Part shown: positions 9,827 to 20,229 of the stretch, in pieces
How positions within the stretch are numbered: the stretch's first letter is position 1
How the letters are laid out: each line of letters begins with the position of its first letter
From: Terricaulis sp.
GTDB lineage: Bacteria > Pseudomonadota > Alphaproteobacteria > Caulobacterales > Aquidulcibacteraceae
Length of the DNA stretch: 64,000 nt
NCBI GenBank assembly: GCA_037200505.1
Contig: JBBCFZ010000009.1
Coordinates: forward strand, 235,379 to 299,378
Direction of reading: 5' to 3'
Made by a program: the position numbers and the translations under genes
The notes under the pieces: generated by a model
The model's input: the letters and a program-made list of their open reading frames with translations, nothing else
What the model was told of the DNA's origin: nothing
Database searches by the model: none

Positions 9827-10296
9827 GCGAGCGTGACAAACTGCTCGACGTCGCGCTCGACGAAAGCTCGCTCGCGGCCGCGTCGGCGAACGCCGCGCAC
9901 GAGCGGCGCATCGCGATGTTCGATCTCATCGAGAACAATTCCTTCGCCGTCGATGGCGCCGATCGTGGCCCCTACAAGCTTGCGCTCTCCTCCGAAGACG
10001 GGCGTCTCCTCATGGTGGTGGCGGACGAGGCCAGCGCGGAAGTCTGCGCGCACGCGCTCTCGCTCGCGCCGCTGCGGCGCCTGATCAAAGATTATTTCAT
10101 GATCTGCGAGAGCTATTATTCCGCAATCCGCGATGCGACGCCGATGCAGATCGAAGCCATCGATATGGGACGGCGCGGGCTCCACAACGAAGGCGCCGAA
10201 CTTCTCGCCAAGATGCTCGAAGGCAAGTTCAAGCTCGACTTTGAAACATCGCGCCGGCTCTTCACCCTGATCTGCGCTTTGCATGTGCGGGGCTGA
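9823..10296 (+). CDS. UPF0262 family protein
   Basis: DYFMICESYYSAIR, IEAIDMGRRGLHNEG, DFETSRRLFTLICALH. Confidence 0.92.
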   Translation: MSERDKLLDVALDESSLAAASANAAHERRIAMFDLIENNSFAVDGADRGPYKLALSSEDGRLLMVVADEASAEVCAHALSLAPLRRLIKDYFMICESYYSAIRDATPMQIEAIDMGRRGLHNEGAELLAKMLEGKFKLDFETSRRLFTLICALHVRG

Positions 10297-10299
10297 GCG

Positions 10300-10746
10300 G
10301 TGGACGCGGACGAGGCGCCGCGCGCCGTCTTGTTCGCGTGCACATCCAACGCGATCCGTTCGCCGATGGCGGCGGGACTGTTGCGCCGGCGTTTTGGGCC
10401 GATGATGCGCGTCGAAAGTGTCGGCGTTCGGCCAGGCGGGCAGGTGGACATCATGGCCGTTCAGGTCATGGACGATTTTGGCGTCGATCTCGCCAAGCAC
10501 CGCCCCCGCACCTTCGAGGATGTGGCCGAGGAGCATTTCGACCTCATCGTTACGCTCTCGCCTGAAGCCCACCACCACGCGCTCGGGCTGATCCCGGCCC
10601 TCGGGACAAGCGTCGAGTACTGGCCGACCTTCGATCCCTCGTTGAATGAAGGCTCGCGTGAGCAGCGGCTTATGGAGTATCGGCTGGTCCGCGACGGGCT
10701 CGACGCCCGGATTTCACAGCGTTTTCCCCGCCCGTCGACGGGCTGA
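10300..10746 (+). CDS. Low-molecular-weight phosphatase / ArsC-like protein
   Basis: [16 protein letters not shown]-loop; VEYWPTFDP. Confidence 0.88.
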   Translation: MDADEAPRAVLFACTSNAIRSPMAAGLLRRRFGPMMRVESVGVRPGGQVDIMAVQVMDDFGVDLAKHRPRTFEDVAEEHFDLIVTLSPEAHHHALGLIPALGTSVEYWPTFDPSLNEGSREQRLMEYRLVRDGLDARISQRFPRPSTG

Positions 10747-10792
10747 TCCAACGCGCCTATACAGGCGCGCCAAAAGCAAACCAGAGGTGCGA

Positions 10793-11011
10793 ATGTCGAA
10801 AGAGGAACTATTGGAGTTTGCCGGAACCGTGATCGAGCTTTTGCCGAACGCGACCTTCCGCGTGAAGCTGGAGAACGACCACGAAATCATCGCCCATACC
10901 GCGGGCAAGATGCGCAAGAATCGCATCCGCGTGCTGGCCGGCGATAAAGTGCTCGTTGAGATGACGCCGTATGATCTGACCAAGGGTCGGATCACGTATC
11001 GGTTCAAGTAA
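10793..11011 (+). CDS. infA: Translation initiation factor IF-1
   Basis: [28 protein letters not shown]...[14 protein letters not shown]; GAGG RBS. Confidence 0.98.
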   Translation: MSKEELLEFAGTVIELLPNATFRVKLENDHEIIAHTAGKMRKNRIRVLAGDKVLVEMTPYDLTKGRITYRFK

Positions 11012-11883
11012 TGGCGCCAGCTCCGCTCACCCGCGCAATCGTCGTCACCGGCGCCTCGACAGGCATCGGACGCGCCGCTGTTGCGCGCGCGGTGCGCGAA
11101 GGCGCGCAGGTGTTCGCGAGCGTACGCAAGCAGGCCGACGCCGATGACCTGACGCGCGAGTTTGGCGCGAGCGTTGTGCCGCTGGTGTTCGATGTCGCGG
11201 ACGAAGGCGGCGTGCGCGCGGGCGCGGCCCGCGTTGGCGAGGCGCTGGGCAAGCAGAGGCTCTTTGGCCTTGTGAACAATGCGGGCATCGCGGTGCCGGG
11301 CCCGCTGCTGCATCTCGATCCCGAGGAATTGCGCCGCCAGCTCGACATTAATCTCATCGGCGTCCATCGCGTGACGCAGGCCTTCGCGCCGCTGCTCGGC
11401 GCCGATCCGGATCGCACCGGCAAGCCTGGGCGCATTGTGATGATCTCCTCGGTCGGCGGACAAAATGGCAGTCCGTTCGTGGGCGCTTATTCGTCGTCGA
11501 AATTCGCGCTAGAAGGCTATTCGCAATCTTTGCGCCGCGAACTGATGCTCTATGGCATCGACGTGATCGTGGTTGGCCCCGGCGCGATCGCGACGCCGAT
11601 CTGGGACAAGGCCGACGAGGCCGAGCTCGGCAAATTCGCCAACACGCCTTACGCGCCGATGCTCGCGAAAGTGCGCGATTACATGGTCAAGTCCGGCAAG
11701 GTGGGTCTGCCCGCGTCGGATGTGGGCGATCTCATCTGGCGCTGCCTCACCATGGATAAGCCCAAGACGCGCTACGCGATCCTACGCAAGCCATTCATGG
11801 ACCGCATTCTCCCCAAGCTCATGCCGCCGCGCATGGTCGACAAGATTATCGCCCGTAGGCTTGGCTTCCCGACCCGCGCATGA
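11011..11883 (+). CDS. SDR family NAD(P)-dependent oxidoreductase
   Basis: TGASTGIG, NNAG, YSSSK catalytic motif. Confidence 0.92.
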   Translation: MAPAPLTRAIVVTGASTGIGRAAVARAVREGAQVFASVRKQADADDLTREFGASVVPLVFDVADEGGVRAGAARVGEALGKQRLFGLVNNAGIAVPGPLLHLDPEELRRQLDINLIGVHRVTQAFAPLLGADPDRTGKPGRIVMISSVGGQNGSPFVGAYSSSKFALEGYSQSLRRELMLYGIDVIVVGPGAIATPIWDKADEAELGKFANTPYAPMLAKVRDYMVKSGKVGLPASDVGDLIWRCLTMDKPKTRYAILRKPFMDRILPKLMPPRMVDKIIARRLGFPTRA

Positions 11884-12458
11884 GCGCGCCTTTGCGTCTG
11901 GTGCTGGCGAGCGCGAGCCCGCGCCGTTTGGCGCTCTTGCAGCAGATCGGCTTTACGCTTGACGCGATCGTCCCCGCCGAAATCGATGAGACGCCGCTGA
12001 AGGATGAGCTGCCGAGCGCACTCGCCGTACGTTTGGCGCGCGGCAAGGCGCAGGTGGCTGCGAGCGCGAATGCGGTGGCGCTCGGCGCAGATACAGTCGT
12101 TGGGCTCGGCCGGCGCATTTTGCCGAAGGCCGAAACGGAAGCGCAGGCGCGCGCTTGCCTCGATCTCCTCTCCGGCCGCGCGCACCGCGTCTTCACCGCG
12201 CTCTGCGTGATCCCGCCAAACGCGCCTCCGCGTGAGCGCGTGGTGGAGACGCGCGTTTTCTTCAAGCGCTTCGATGCGCGCGAGATCGAGAGCTACATCG
12301 CCAGCGGCGAATGGGAGGGCAAGGCCGGCGGCTATGCGATCCAGGGGCTCGCGGCGCGCTATGTGACGCACATCGCCGGCTCCTATTCCGCCGTTGTTGG
12401 CCTGCCGCTTTATGAGACCGCGTCGCTGCTCGAAAGCTGCGGATTGCGCGCGCGATGA
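11880..12458 (+). CDS. maf: Maf family nucleotide pyrophosphatase
   Basis: LVLASASPRR, GADTVV, GKAGGYAIQG, GSYSAVVGLPL. Confidence 0.95.
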   Translation: MSAPLRLVLASASPRRLALLQQIGFTLDAIVPAEIDETPLKDELPSALAVRLARGKAQVAASANAVALGADTVVGLGRRILPKAETEAQARACLDLLSGRAHRVFTALCVIPPNAPPRERVVETRVFFKRFDAREIESYIASGEWEGKAGGYAIQGLAARYVTHIAGSYSAVVGLPLYETASLLESCGLRAR

Positions 12459-13540
12459 GCGAGGCGCTCGAAACTTGGGTCGACGCCGCGATTGGCGAGA
12501 CGCGCGAAGCTTTGGTGCGCGATGGGCGCGCGATCGCGCTCCGTGTTGTGCGCACGAGCGATGAAGGCCGCCGCGCGCGTTGGGGCGAGCTATATTGCGC
12601 GCGCGTGACGCAAGTGGATCGTCGCCGGCGTGGGGCCTATCTCGATCTCGGGCTGCGCGATCAGCAGGGCTTCCTCGCCCTGGATTCCGAAAGCCGCGCG
12701 CGCATCGCCAAGCGTGATCAAGTCGCGCTTAGCGAAGGCATGGGCGTCGTGGTTTCGATCGTGCGCGAGGCGGCGCGCGGCAAGAATCCGGTGCTAGAGT
12801 TGGTCGAGATCGGCCATGACGGCGAAGCGCCGCACCGCATGGCGCAGCACGATTGCGATCTGGAGATCGCCAACGCCAAGCCCGCCGATCCCGCGACGCG
12901 CTCCAAGCTCGACGCCGCGATTGAGGATGCGCTCTCGCGCACCGCGCCGATCCCAGGCGGCGGGGCGCTCACGATCGAGCCTTGCGCGGCGTTGGTTGCG
13001 ATCGATGTCGATGCAGGCGGCCGCGGCGGAACCCACGATCCCGAGCGCTTTGCGCTGGAGCTAAACCTCGCCGCCGCCGCCGAAGCCGCGCGCCAGATCC
13101 GCCTGCGCAGCTTGGGCGGCATCATCGCCATTGATTTTGTCTCGATGCGCGCCAAATCGCATGGCGTGCAATTGGAGCAAGCGGTGAAGGCAGCGTTCGC
13201 CAGCGATCCGTGGAGCACGAATTTCGGCGCTCTGTCGCGCTTTGGCGTGTTCGAACTTTCGCGCGCGCAACTCCGCTCTCCGCTGCATGAAGTGCTGTTG
13301 GACGACGAACGCAAGCCCAGCACCGAGACGATTGCCCTCTCCGCGCTCCGCGCCATCGAGCGCGAGGCGCGCGCTGTGACAGGCCGGCAGATCGGCTGCA
13401 CTGTTTCTCCTGAAGTGAAAGCTTGGCTGGACGCCGCCGAATTTGGCTGGCGCGCCGAGCTCAACAACCGCATAGGCATGCGCTGGGCGCTCGAAGCAGC
13501 GCCGGGGCCTCGGGATAAAATAGACGTGCGCGCGCCATGA
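12455..13540 (+). CDS. Ribonuclease E/G family protein (short RNase G-like)
   Basis: S1-like N-terminus, ALVAIDVD, QIRLRSLGGIIAIDF, SRFGVFELSR. Confidence 0.85.
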   Translation: MSEALETWVDAAIGETREALVRDGRAIALRVVRTSDEGRRARWGELYCARVTQVDRRRRGAYLDLGLRDQQGFLALDSESRARIAKRDQVALSEGMGVVVSIVREAARGKNPVLELVEIGHDGEAPHRMAQHDCDLEIANAKPADPATRSKLDAAIEDALSRTAPIPGGGALTIEPCAALVAIDVDAGGRGGTHDPERFALELNLAAAAEAARQIRLRSLGGIIAIDFVSMRAKSHGVQLEQAVKAAFASDPWSTNFGALSRFGVFELSRAQLRSPLHEVLLDDERKPSTETIALSALRAIEREARAVTGRQIGCTVSPEVKAWLDAAEFGWRAELNNRIGMRWALEAAPGPRDKIDVRAP

Positions 13541-13716
13541 GCGAGACGCCCGAACGCCCGCGCAAATGCGCCATTTGCGGCAAGCCGCAGGACGAGAAGT
13601 ATCGCCCGTTCTGTTCGAAGCGCTGCGCAGACGTCGATCTCAACCGCTGGCTTTCGGGCGGTTACGCGATCCCTGCCGAGGAGACCGACATCTCCAGCGA
13701 CGACGACGACCGTTAG
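13537..13716 (+). CDS. yacG: DNA gyrase inhibitor YacG
   Basis: Manually translated 59 aa: CAICGKP...YRPFCSKRCADVDLNRWL; overlaps the upstream stop (ATGA). Confidence 0.93.
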   Translation: MSETPERPRKCAICGKPQDEKYRPFCSKRCADVDLNRWLSGGYAIPAEETDISSDDDDR

Positions 13717-14081
13717 TGCAATTCGGCCAGCGCAATCGCGCGCAGCACGGATTGTTCGGCGAGCGCAGCCATGTTGCGGTCATTGGCGTTCAGAATCGCG
13801 ATCAAGCGCGCGGTTTCTCGGATTTCGTCGGCGCAGGCGTGAGATTGCTGGCTCTCGGCTTTCGCAAGCGCGGCGCGCGCGAGTTGCAGCGCGTGCGTGC
13901 GGTTATCGTCCCGGTCGAGCCCTGACATCTGCACGCGCAAGCGCCGGAGCAGCGAACTCAGCGAAGCGAGGTCGCTGGCTTCGTTGAAGCGACGGCGCTC
14001 TTTCCAACGCATCTTGTTCCCGATCGCGTGACGGCGATCGGGGCCGAGATAGCTGGAATTATCGACCCATTTTTCGGTCAT
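13713..14081 (-). CDS. Hypothetical protein with Cle-like Arg-rich YxGPDRR motif at the N-terminus
   Basis: 122-aa ORF starting MTEKWVDNSSYLGPDRRH...KERRRFN, followed by a predicted helical region. Confidence 0.7.
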   Translation of the reverse strand: MTEKWVDNSSYLGPDRRHAIGNKMRWKERRRFNEASDLASLSSLLRRLRVQMSGLDRDDNRTHALQLARAALAKAESQQSHACADEIRETARLIAILNANDRNMAALAEQSVLRAIALAELH

Positions 14082-14155
14082 GGCGCCATTCTAATCCAAC
14101 GCGGCTAACGCGCTTCTTCCGAAAAGCCACGAGATAGTGACGTGGTTTACGCCGC

Positions 14156-14941
14156 TTAATCACGCAGACTCGCCACGATCGGTACGTGATCGCTGGCCTT
14201 TTCCCGTGCCCGTACATCGCGATGAATGTGCACGCTTTCAAGCTTGTCGGCTGCTTGCGGCGACAGCATCACGAAGTCGATGCGGATGCCGTGGTCGCGC
14301 CGCCAGGCGCCGGCTTGGTAATCCCAGAAGGTGAATTGGCGCGCCCGGCCGTCGGCCTGCATGAAGGCGTCGACCATGCCGATATTGAGCATGGCGCGGT
14401 ATTTGTATTTCGCCTCGGGCGTGAAGAGCGCATCGCCGACCCAGGCCGCCGGTTCGTCCGCATCTTCGTCGCGCGGGATGATGTTGTAGTCGCCGGCGAT
14501 GGCGAACAATTCCTCGCGCTTCAACACGCCTTGGGCGTGTTCGCGCAGCGCATCCATGAACTCGAGTTTGAACGTGAACTTCTCGGTGTCGATCGGATTG
14601 CCGTTCGGCGCATAGAGTGAAGCTACGCGCACCGGACCCGACGGCGCATCGATCACAGCCTCAAGATAACGCGAATGCTCGTGCGGCAGATGCGGCAGGC
14701 CACGCACGGCGTCTTCTATGCGATGCTTGGAAAGGATCGCGACGCCATTATAGCTCTTCTGCCCGAAGGTCTCGACATTGTAGCCGAGGTCTTCGATCTC
14801 CAGGCGCGGGAAGCGATGATCCTCGCACTTCAGTTCCTGCAGGCAGATCACGTCCGGCGCGACCTCCTTCAGCACCTGGAGCACATTGGGCAGCCGCGCG
14901 AGCACGGAATTGACGTTCCAGGCGGCGATCGAAAGCGACAT
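14156..14941 (-). CDS. xth: Exodeoxyribonuclease III
   Basis: WNVNS, CLQELK, GQKSYNGVAILS, GDYN, FTFWDY, GIRID, SDHVP. Confidence 0.96.
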   Translation of the reverse strand: MSLSIAAWNVNSVLARLPNVLQVLKEVAPDVICLQELKCEDHRFPRLEIEDLGYNVETFGQKSYNGVAILSKHRIEDAVRGLPHLPHEHSRYLEAVIDAPSGPVRVASLYAPNGNPIDTEKFTFKLEFMDALREHAQGVLKREELFAIAGDYNIIPRDEDADEPAAWVGDALFTPEAKYKYRAMLNIGMVDAFMQADGRARQFTFWDYQAGAWRRDHGIRIDFVMLSPQAADKLESVHIHRDVRAREKASDHVPIVASLRD

Positions 14942-14994
14942 TCAATACCTCGTCGGCGTGGTCAATGCGTGGGCGCGCGTGCTAGTTTCGCCGC

Positions 14995-15324
14995 ATGATC
15001 ATTCTGTTGTCGGCGCTGACCTTGTTCAACCTCTTCGCGGCCGCCGCAAGCCTCGCGATGGCGCTCAGGTTGCGGAGAGCGGAGGAGCAGGCGCTGTGGC
15101 GCTCCAAGACATTGCTGCGCATTGCCGAGGCGTTCGCCTGGGTGCTGCCGATCGCGGCGCTCGCGGGCACGGCTTTGGCTTGGACGGATTTCCAGAATGG
15201 CCGCCCCGCTGGCGCGCTGCTCGCGTTCATTCCGCTTGGGTGGTTGATCTTGATGGGGCTGGTGTTCGCCGTGGTGGACTTCGCGGAGGATGGCATCATC
15301 GGGAATGCACGGGCGCGCGATTAG
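14995..15324 (+). CDS. Hypothetical membrane protein (about 3 TM helices)
   Basis: 109-aa hydrophobic ORF filling the intergenic space. Confidence 0.65.
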   Translation: MIILLSALTLFNLFAAAASLAMALRLRRAEEQALWRSKTLLRIAEAFAWVLPIAALAGTALAWTDFQNGRPAGALLAFIPLGWLILMGLVFAVVDFAEDGIIGNARARD

Positions 15325-15336
15325 TGCTGCGTCCGT

Positions 15337-15460
15337 CCTTCCCCGCGAGGCGAAGGTGTCTGCGCGCGAACGCGCGCAGACGGATGGGGCGGATGCGCCA
15401 AATTGAGCCGCCGCCCTCTCAGTCACGCTGACGCGTGACAGCTCTCCCTCGCGGGAGAGC
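15337..15460. repeat. Palindromic intergenic repeat, family A (reverse orientation)
   Basis: Reverse complement reads GCTCTCCC..GGGAGAGCTGTC..GACTGAG...CACCTTCGCC..GGGGAAGG, the same architecture as copies at 25576, 39492, 39656 and 59303. Confidence 0.75.
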
Positions 15461-15471
15461 ACGGAGCGGTG

Positions 15472-16146
15472 CTAGAATCCTCTGAACGCCGTAAATTCCT
15501 CCACCTCGACGCGGTCGCTGCGCATCTTGTTAACCGCAGCCCTCTCGTCCGCATAGCCGAGCGCCATGCCGCAATAGAGCATGTCTTCCTCCGCGAGCGC
15601 GAAATGTCCGTGGAGCGTGGTGCGGACGCGGCCCCAGAATTCCTGCATGCATGTTGATACGCCGCGCTCCACAGCGGCGAGGGCGATCGATTGCATGAAC
15701 ATGCCCAGATGCGCCCATTGCGCGTGGCCCATGCGGCGGTCGATGATGAAGAATAATCCGACTGGCGCGCCGAACAGATCGAAATTGCGCGCGACATGCA
15801 TGAGGCGCGCGGCGCGGTTCTCGCGCGGGATTTGCAGCAGGGCGTACATGTCTTCGCCGTTCTTGAAGCGGCGTGAGCGGTAGGGTTCCCAGAGGTTTTC
15901 GGGGTAGGCCCGCCGGTCGCCTTCCTCGCCCGCCACATCGCGCGACACCGCATCACGCGCGAGTGTGCACACCGCGTCGCGTTCCGCGCCAGCAACGGCG
16001 ATCACTTTCCACGGTTGCAGATTGCCGCCCGACGGCGCCCAGCGCGCTACGTCCAATATCTCCCGCACCACACTCTTCGCCACCGGATCGGGCTTGAACG
16101 CGCGGATGGAGGTGCGCGTCTTCAGCGCCTCGGTGACGGACATCAT
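15472..16146 (-). CDS. Nitroreductase family protein
   Basis: RTSIRAF, APSGGNLQPW, FGAPVGLF, GMALGY. Confidence 0.92.
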   Translation of the reverse strand: MMSVTEALKTRTSIRAFKPDPVAKSVVREILDVARWAPSGGNLQPWKVIAVAGAERDAVCTLARDAVSRDVAGEEGDRRAYPENLWEPYRSRRFKNGEDMYALLQIPRENRAARLMHVARNFDLFGAPVGLFFIIDRRMGHAQWAHLGMFMQSIALAAVERGVSTCMQEFWGRVRTTLHGHFALAEEDMLYCGMALGYADERAAVNKMRSDRVEVEEFTAFRGF

Positions 16147-16781
16147 CTGCGGCGTTGCTCCTTACGGAAATGCTTCAGGATCGCGCGTCCGCGCTTCTGC
16201 GCCGCGACGATTTCGTCAGCGCTCAGCTCACGGGCCAACGCCGCGCCGTGATCGGCCGTGGGCGCATCGCCGCTCATGCCAACCGATGCGTAGAGCCACG
16301 CCAGCGCTTCCTGCGGGTCGGTTTCCATCAACGCGTTGGCGTATTGCCGCATCGCTTCGACATGCCCGCCCTCGGCCGCGCGGTGCAGCAGGTCGCGCGC
16401 CTCCGCGGGCTCCGCTCATTGCGGCGAGACGCAGCATGGCATCGACATCGCCCGCGCCGGCGGCGGAGCGGAACAGTGCGCGCGCCTGGTTCACATCGCG
16501 CTCGGCGCCGACGCCGGCGAGCAGCGCGAGGCCAAGCGCCGTTTGCGCGGCGGCGTGGCCGCTCTCGGCGGCGCGGCGAAAGCAATTCACCGCGGCGATT
16601 CATCGCGCTCGCCGCCAAGGCCGCGCCAATAGAGGAGGCCCAGATGATAATCGCCGAGCGAGCGCGGCAGCTCTTCGACCGTCGCGTCTTCCAGCAGACG
16701 CCGCGCCTTCTTCCAGCGCTTGGCGGCGAAGGCGTCGAGCCCTTGGTCGAGCACGCTTTGCTCGGGGCCGAACAGCGGCAC
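16143..16781 (-). CDS. Sel1/TPR repeat protein (frameshifted, probably sequencing error)
   Basis: Fragments LGLLYWRGLG, FRRAAESGHAAAQTALG, FRSAAGAGDVDAM and EALAWLY in different frames. Confidence 0.75.
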
Positions 16782-16782
16782 C

Positions 16783-17110
16783 TTAGACCGAGAAGCTGAC
16801 GCCGCAGCCGCAGCTCGACTTGGCGTTGGGGTTCTTCACTTTGAACGAGGCGCCGATCAGCTCTTCGACCCAATCCACTTCCGAGCCGAGCAGGAATGGG
16901 AGCGAGACCGGGTCCACGAACAGCTTATGCGCCATCGCGCTCGATCACCAGATCCTCGGCCGTGGCGGCTGGGACCAGGGCGATTTCGTATTGGAAGCCC
17001 GAGCAGCCGCCGCCCTCGACCGCGACCCGGAGCCCGGTTCCGGCAGGCTCGGCGGCGGCGATTTCCGCGATTTTCCGCGCGGCGGCGGCGGATAGGGCGA
17101 CATTGGCCAT
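16783..17110 (-). CDS. erpA: A-type Fe-S cluster carrier (ErpA/IscA/HesB family; frameshifted)
   Basis: [15 protein letters not shown] in one frame and [16 protein letters not shown] in another. Confidence 0.88.
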
Positions 17111-17189
17111 TCGGTAACCCAAGTCTTTCAGCGGATTCTAATGCTTCGGTTCTCCATATATGGTCGAACCGGGCGATTGAGGAGCAGGA

Positions 17190-18408
17190 ATGCCGGAAGG
17201 CCAAGCCAAACGCATTCGGACGAAGCTGCCGACCGCCGTCCGGCCGGCCCGGGCGGCCTATGCGACGGACCCGGCGGCCTCGCGCGGGCGCCTGCATCCC
17301 GAGGCCGAGAGCACGCACAGGAGCCCCTTCGAGCGCGACCGCGACCGGGTGATCCATGCCAGCGCCTTTCGCCGGCTCAAGGGGAAGACGCAGGTGTTCG
17401 TGGCCCACGAGGGCGACCATTACCGGACGCGGCTGACGCATTCGCTCGAAGTCGCGCAGATCGCGCGCGCCGTGGCGCGGCGCTTGGGCCTGGATGACGA
17501 TCTCGCCGAAGCCTTGGGGCTCGCCCACGATCTCGGCCATCCGCCGTTCGGGCATACGGGCGAGGACGTGCTCGACGCCTGCATGCAGGGCTTTGGGGGC
17601 TTTGATCACAATGCGCAGACTTTGCGCGTGCTGACCAAGCTCGAGAGCCGCTATCCGGCGTTCGATGGCCTCAACCTCGCGTGGGAGACGCTCGAAGGCG
17701 TTGTGAAGCACAATGGCCCGCTGATCCGCACCGGGCGCACGCTCAAGGATTTGCCGGTCGCGATCCAGGAATACGACAAGGCGCACGATCTTGAACTCGC
17801 GACGTGGCCCGGCCCCGAAGCGCAAGTCGCCGCGCATGCCGATGACGTCGCCTATATAATCACGATATCGACGACGGCCTGCGCGCCGGGCTCTTCACGC
17901 TCACTGAAATTCGCGAGGAAGTCGCGATGGTGGCGCGCGTGGTGACGGCGGTGGAGGCGCAATATCCCCATGCCGAGGAAGGCCGCGTCATCGCCGAGAG
18001 CGTGCGGCGTTTGATCGGCGATTGGGGTCAATGATCTCGTGAGCGAAACGGAACGGCGCGTCACGCGCCTGAAGCCGCAGAGTGCCGAGGATGTGCGCGC
18101 GGCTGGTGAGCTTTGGTTGGTTTTCTCCGATGCGCTGCGCGAGGAGGAGGCTGTGCTGCGTCGGTTCCTGATGGCGCGCATGTATCGCCACTGGAAGGTC
18201 AACCGCAGCCGCAGCCAAGCCAAGCGCGTCTTGAAGGAGCTGTTCGACGTCTTCCTTGCGGACCCGGAACTCTTGCCGCCGAATTGGCAGGATGGCGGCG
18301 ATGGCCGGCGGGACACAAAACCGCACGCCGCATCTGCGATTACATCGCCGGAATGACCGACGATTATGCGATCGAGAACATCGGCGGCTGTTTGGGCCTG
18401 ATAGGTAA
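17190..18408 (+). CDS. dgt: Deoxyguanosinetriphosphate triphosphohydrolase (frameshifted)
   Basis: [44 protein letters not shown] across frames. Confidence 0.92.
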
Positions 18409-18480
18409 GGCCTTTGCGCTAGGCCGACGCCGGCGCCGACTGGCGCGCCTTGAAGTGCTAAGCTCTCCCTGACGATTCCG

Positions 18481-19088
18481 TTGGAGTTTCTGTTGGCCAA
18501 GTTCGCGAACCCTGACGAGCAGACGCGCTATAGCGGTGCGATCTATGTGCTGATGCTCGTGCTGGCGGCCGCGTTCGCGGGCTTTGTGTGGAATCTCTAT
18601 TCCGGCCGCGAAGCGCCGCGCATTCCCGCGCCTGCCGGCGCCTACAAGGTAGAGCCGCCGCCGGAAGCCGCGGGTGCGCCAGACGCCGCCGAGGAAAACG
18701 CGCTCTATGGCAGCTTGGAAGGCCGCGCCGAGAGCGAGGATGCAAACGCCCCGCCCGGCGCCCGAGACGCCGATGCGGAAGCGCCCGCGCGCGTCGGCGG
18801 CGCACCGCAGCTTGCGCCGATGCCGACGTTTGTCGCCGATGGGCCTTATGTGGCGCAAGTCGCGGCGCTTCAGTCAGAGGCGGCGGTGCAGCCGGCCTGG
18901 GCGCGCCTTGCGTCGCGAGCGCCAGGCCTCTTCGCGCGCGCTAATCTCGATGTCGAGCGCGCCGATCTTGGACAGCGCGGCTCTATTTTCGCCTGCGCGC
19001 CGGCTACTTTGCCGATCGCGCCAACGCGCACCGCTTCTGCGAGCGCATCGAGCAGATGGGCCAGGACTGCATCGTGGTGCAGCGCTGA
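18481..19088 (+). CDS. ftsN: SPOR-domain cell division protein, FtsN-like (frameshifted; start uncertain)
   Basis: Single N-terminal TM, linker, then SPOR (YVAQVAAL..., YFRLRAG.F.DRANA.RFC...GQDCIVV); dgt-SPOR-nagZ synteny as in Caulobacter. Confidence 0.7.
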
Positions 19089-20106
19089 TGCTTTCGTGCT
19101 CGCTGGGAATTCGCCAGCCAAAGCTCGATGACGATCTGCGCGCCTTCGTGAAGTCAGCGCGGCCATGGAGCTTCATTCTGTTTCGCGAAGCGTGCGTATC
19201 GCGCGCGCAAGTCACGCGGCTGTGCGACGAACTGCGCGAAGCGGTGGGGCACGACGCCATGTTTACATCGACCAGGAAGGCGGGCGCGTTGCCCGCCTGA
19301 AAGCGCCCGAATGGCCAGTGTGGCCGGCGTGCGCGAAATATGGCGCGCTCTATGCGCACGATCCCGAACTTGGCAATCGAAGCCGCTATGCTCGGCCATC
19401 GCTTGATTGCGCATGAGTTGCGCGCCATCGGCGTTGATGGCGATTTTTCGCCGGTGCTCGACGTGCCGGTCGAGGGCGCCACGCGATTATCGGAGACCGC
19501 GCGTTTTCCCGCGATCCGCGTGAAATCGCCGTCTTGGCGCGCGCGGCGCTTGAGGGCTTGGCGGCGGGCGGCGTCACCGGCTGCATCAAGCACATGCCGG
19601 GGCATGGCCGCGCCGAGGCCGACAGCCACTTGGCCTTGCCGCGCGTGACGGCGACGGCCGAGGCGCTTGAGACCGACATTTTCCCCTTTCACGCGCTCGC
19701 CGATGCGCCAGCCGCGATGACGGCGCACATCATGTTCGATGCGTGGGATGGGAAGCGTCCCGCGACCTGTTCGCCCACGGTGATCGAGGAGATCATTCGC
19801 GGGCGGATTGGGTTTCAGGGCCTGTTGATGAGCGACGACCTCGACATGAAAGCTTTGGCCTATGCGATCGACGGCGGGCTCGACGCGCGTGCGCAGGCGG
19901 CGCTCGGCGCGGGCTGCGATGTCGTGCTGCAATGTTCGGGCGTGCTGGCGGATATGGAAGCGGCAGCGCTGGGCTGCGTGACGCTCGCGGGCCTGTCGTT
20001 GGTGCGGGCTCGTGCGTCGGAGGCTTATGCCAAGCGCGCGCCGGAGGCGTTCGATGCTCCCAGTGGTTGGGCCCGTTTCAACGAACTCCTGTCCTATGCG
20101 GCATAA
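19088..20106 (+). CDS. nagZ: Beta-N-acetylhexosaminidase, GH3 (frameshifted)
   Basis: IDQEGGRVARL, KHMPGHGRA..DSH, MTAHI, MSDDLDM. Confidence 0.92.
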
Positions 20107-20110
20107 ATCT

Positions 20111-20208
20111 CCGTCATCCCGGAGAGCGCGAGCCGGGACCCAGAGCCAACGCGCTGCGCTCTTCGATCCCTGGGTTCCGGGTCTCGCTTCGCTCGCCCGG
20201 AATGACGG
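20111..20208. repeat. Palindromic repeat, family B2 (GTCAT...ATGAC ends)
   Basis: CCGTCATCCCGG...CCGGAATGACGG; closely resembles the reverse complement of 23877-23987. Confidence 0.8.
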
Positions 20209-20229
20209 ATCATCTTTTTGGTGTTCGCT

